In this document: in pieces, positions 62,071 to 64,000 of the stretch
Position numbering within the stretch: position 1 is the first letter of the stretch
Layout: each line of letters starts with the position of its first letter
Source of the DNA: Malacoraja senta
Taxonomy: Eukaryota
Direction of reading: 5' to 3'
Length of the DNA stretch: 64,000 bases
Assembly (NCBI GenBank): GCA_038087875.1
Contig: CM075988.1
Location: 1,860,001-1,924,000, forward strand
Made by a program: the position numbers and the translations under genes
The notes under the pieces: model-generated
Databases searched by the model: none
What the model saw: only the letters and a program-made list of their open reading frames with translations
Told to the model about the DNA's origin: nothing

Positions 62071-64000
62071 CTTATTCACGGTAGTTTGTTTGTTTTTTAA
62101 AACTACACAAAACATGCTGACTTCTATGTCTTTGTATCCGACGACATTGCCACAGACGACTGTGGAGGCCAAGTCAATGGATATTTTTAAGGTGGAGATT
62201 GACAGATTCTTAATTAGTGAGGGGTCAGGGGTTATGGGGTGAAGGCAGGAGAATGGGGTTGAGCGGGAAAGATAGGTCAGCCATGATTGAATGAACGGAG
62301 TAGACTTGATGGGCCGAATGGCTTAATTCTGCTCCTATCAGTTATAACCTTATGACCTGTCAACATGCATGTTCCAGTTGCTGAACTTCAGTGGATTTAC
62401 AGCACTTGCTGGAACAGTTTGGAGTTGCACTAAATATTCACAGGATCTAACTAAAACTAAGCACCGAAGCTCAGGTAAACACGTGTCCAAATGAGGCTGT
62501 TGGAAACCAATGGAACAAATCCTCCCCGGGCTACACAGTGTAAGGACCTGCTGAGGATAGCAGGGGAGGCTGAGTGAGCAAACCCAACCTGAGCTCCTTT
62601 ACCCTGTCCCATACAAAAGTCCCGGGAAGACTGCTCCAATGAAGATATCAGACAGGGTCATCTCAAGCTAGTCAGGGACTTGAAGGAACTATCCACGTCT
62701 GGATACATGACAAGAGAGACAGAGAGGACACACAAGGAACTGCAACTGCTGGAATCTTGAACAAAACCACACATATTGCTGGAATAATTCAGCGGGTCAG
62801 GCAGCATCTGTGGAAAGAATGGAAAAGCAACGTTTCGAGTTGGGACTCTTCTGGTGCAGAGAATGGGCTGGAGTCGTCTTACAGCTTCCAGCCAACACTA
62901 ACAAACTAAACGGTGCAAGTTAGCAGTTGGCTGGTTCAGTTAATGAGAAGATGTGGTCTGTGTTTTTGTTACAAGGGGTTGTAAAATCTTATAAAAGAAC
63001 TGTTATATTGAGATATTTAGCTTTGTGTATGAAAACCAGCCTCCTCATTGACGGCAGCCGAGCTGACAAAGGGGTCTCCTTCCTCCCCCGTCCTTACTGT
63101 CCCATCAGGGACTCTGGCACCTGGAACAGATCTCCTGGTTGCTCAATGCACATCAGGGGCACCTCTGCCACTGTGGAGAGTTGGTAGGGAAAGATTAAAA
63201 AAAACTTTAAACCAGACCCAATGTAACAGATCTATTCTCCATGTATAAATCTTATTTGCGTGTTTCCAAGTGCTCTAATGTTCCTGATATTGATACATAA
63301 TAGGTACTTTGTTTGGATGGAAGCAATTAATGGTAATTGTCCATTTAAAGAGTCAAAGACCCTCGTCTCATGGATTTAAGAGTGTCAGTCACCATGAACT
63401 GAGAGGTGGGACACCAGGAATCATAAGCTGACTGAAGCAATGAATGTTTTCTGGCATGGCCACTCCGCACTAGGAGACCTGTAGCCATGATGCACTGTAG
63501 CCAACGGCTCTGGACTTAGATCACAAAACTCTAGGGTGGGGCCTCTTAACTGTAGGTTTAATTGCTCAATAACTATCAACACTACCATGCTTTTCCACCA
63601 AAGCTGGTGATGAAACAGGATTAATGATGTCCCATCCATCTGCACTCACATGTTGAGTCACGTTGGTGCCTGCGGCCATCTTCCTCGACATTGTGTAATG
63701 CTGCTGCTTTGTGATTGAAGTTCAAGTTCTTCAATAAAGTCCTTTGGAAGCATTTACACCAGACCTTGTAATTTTGCTCCAACTGAGTGTAGAGTGGTGG
63801 CTCTAGGTGATAGACCCTCATTGGAGACCCTTGACTATCTTTGATCGGACGTTACTGGACATTATTCACGATATTCTCTTTATGAGGTATAAATGATAGA
63901 TGGCTCGATTGTAGTCCCGTATTGCCTTTTCGCTGATTGGTTAGCACGCCACAAAAGCTTTTAACTGTACCTCGGTACACGTGACAATAAACTAAACTCA

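Noticed and set aside
62880..63800. Possible host exon near the window end
   Set aside because: No recognisable domain or clear splice-bounded frame; part looks like a decayed LINE that I cannot assign.

Overview
Eukaryotic, repeat-dense non-coding DNA, most likely from a cartilaginous fish (inferred from abundant HE1/V-SINE-like tRNA SINEs sharing 3' tails with CR1/HER1-like LINEs). I found no convincing host protein-coding gene; almost every long ORF is a transposable-element relic or a translated tandem repeat. Two nested insertion stacks dominate. (1) 19.7-27.9 kb: Tc1 IR/DR transposon > Rex1-tailed non-autonomous element > young CR1 > structurally complete DIRS tyrosine-recombinase retrotransposon (gag, RT, RNase H, Dam-like methyltransferase, YR, ITRs, ICR) > Rex1 fragment. 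(2) 45.7-57.4 kb: CR1 > Mag-like Gypsy (LTRs, tRNA-Leu-type PBS, 5-bp TSD), which holds a CR1, an L1 fragment and a non-coding Helitron carrying four tandem arrays. About 200-bp Penelope-derived fold-back units with a minimal hammerhead-ribozyme core are scattered through the window, two of them with 12-14 bp TSDs. Harbinger-type MITEs, RTE, Tx1 and L2 fragments, microsatellites and a few unique enhancer-like islands are also present. Family names come from motif recognition only; no database searches were run.
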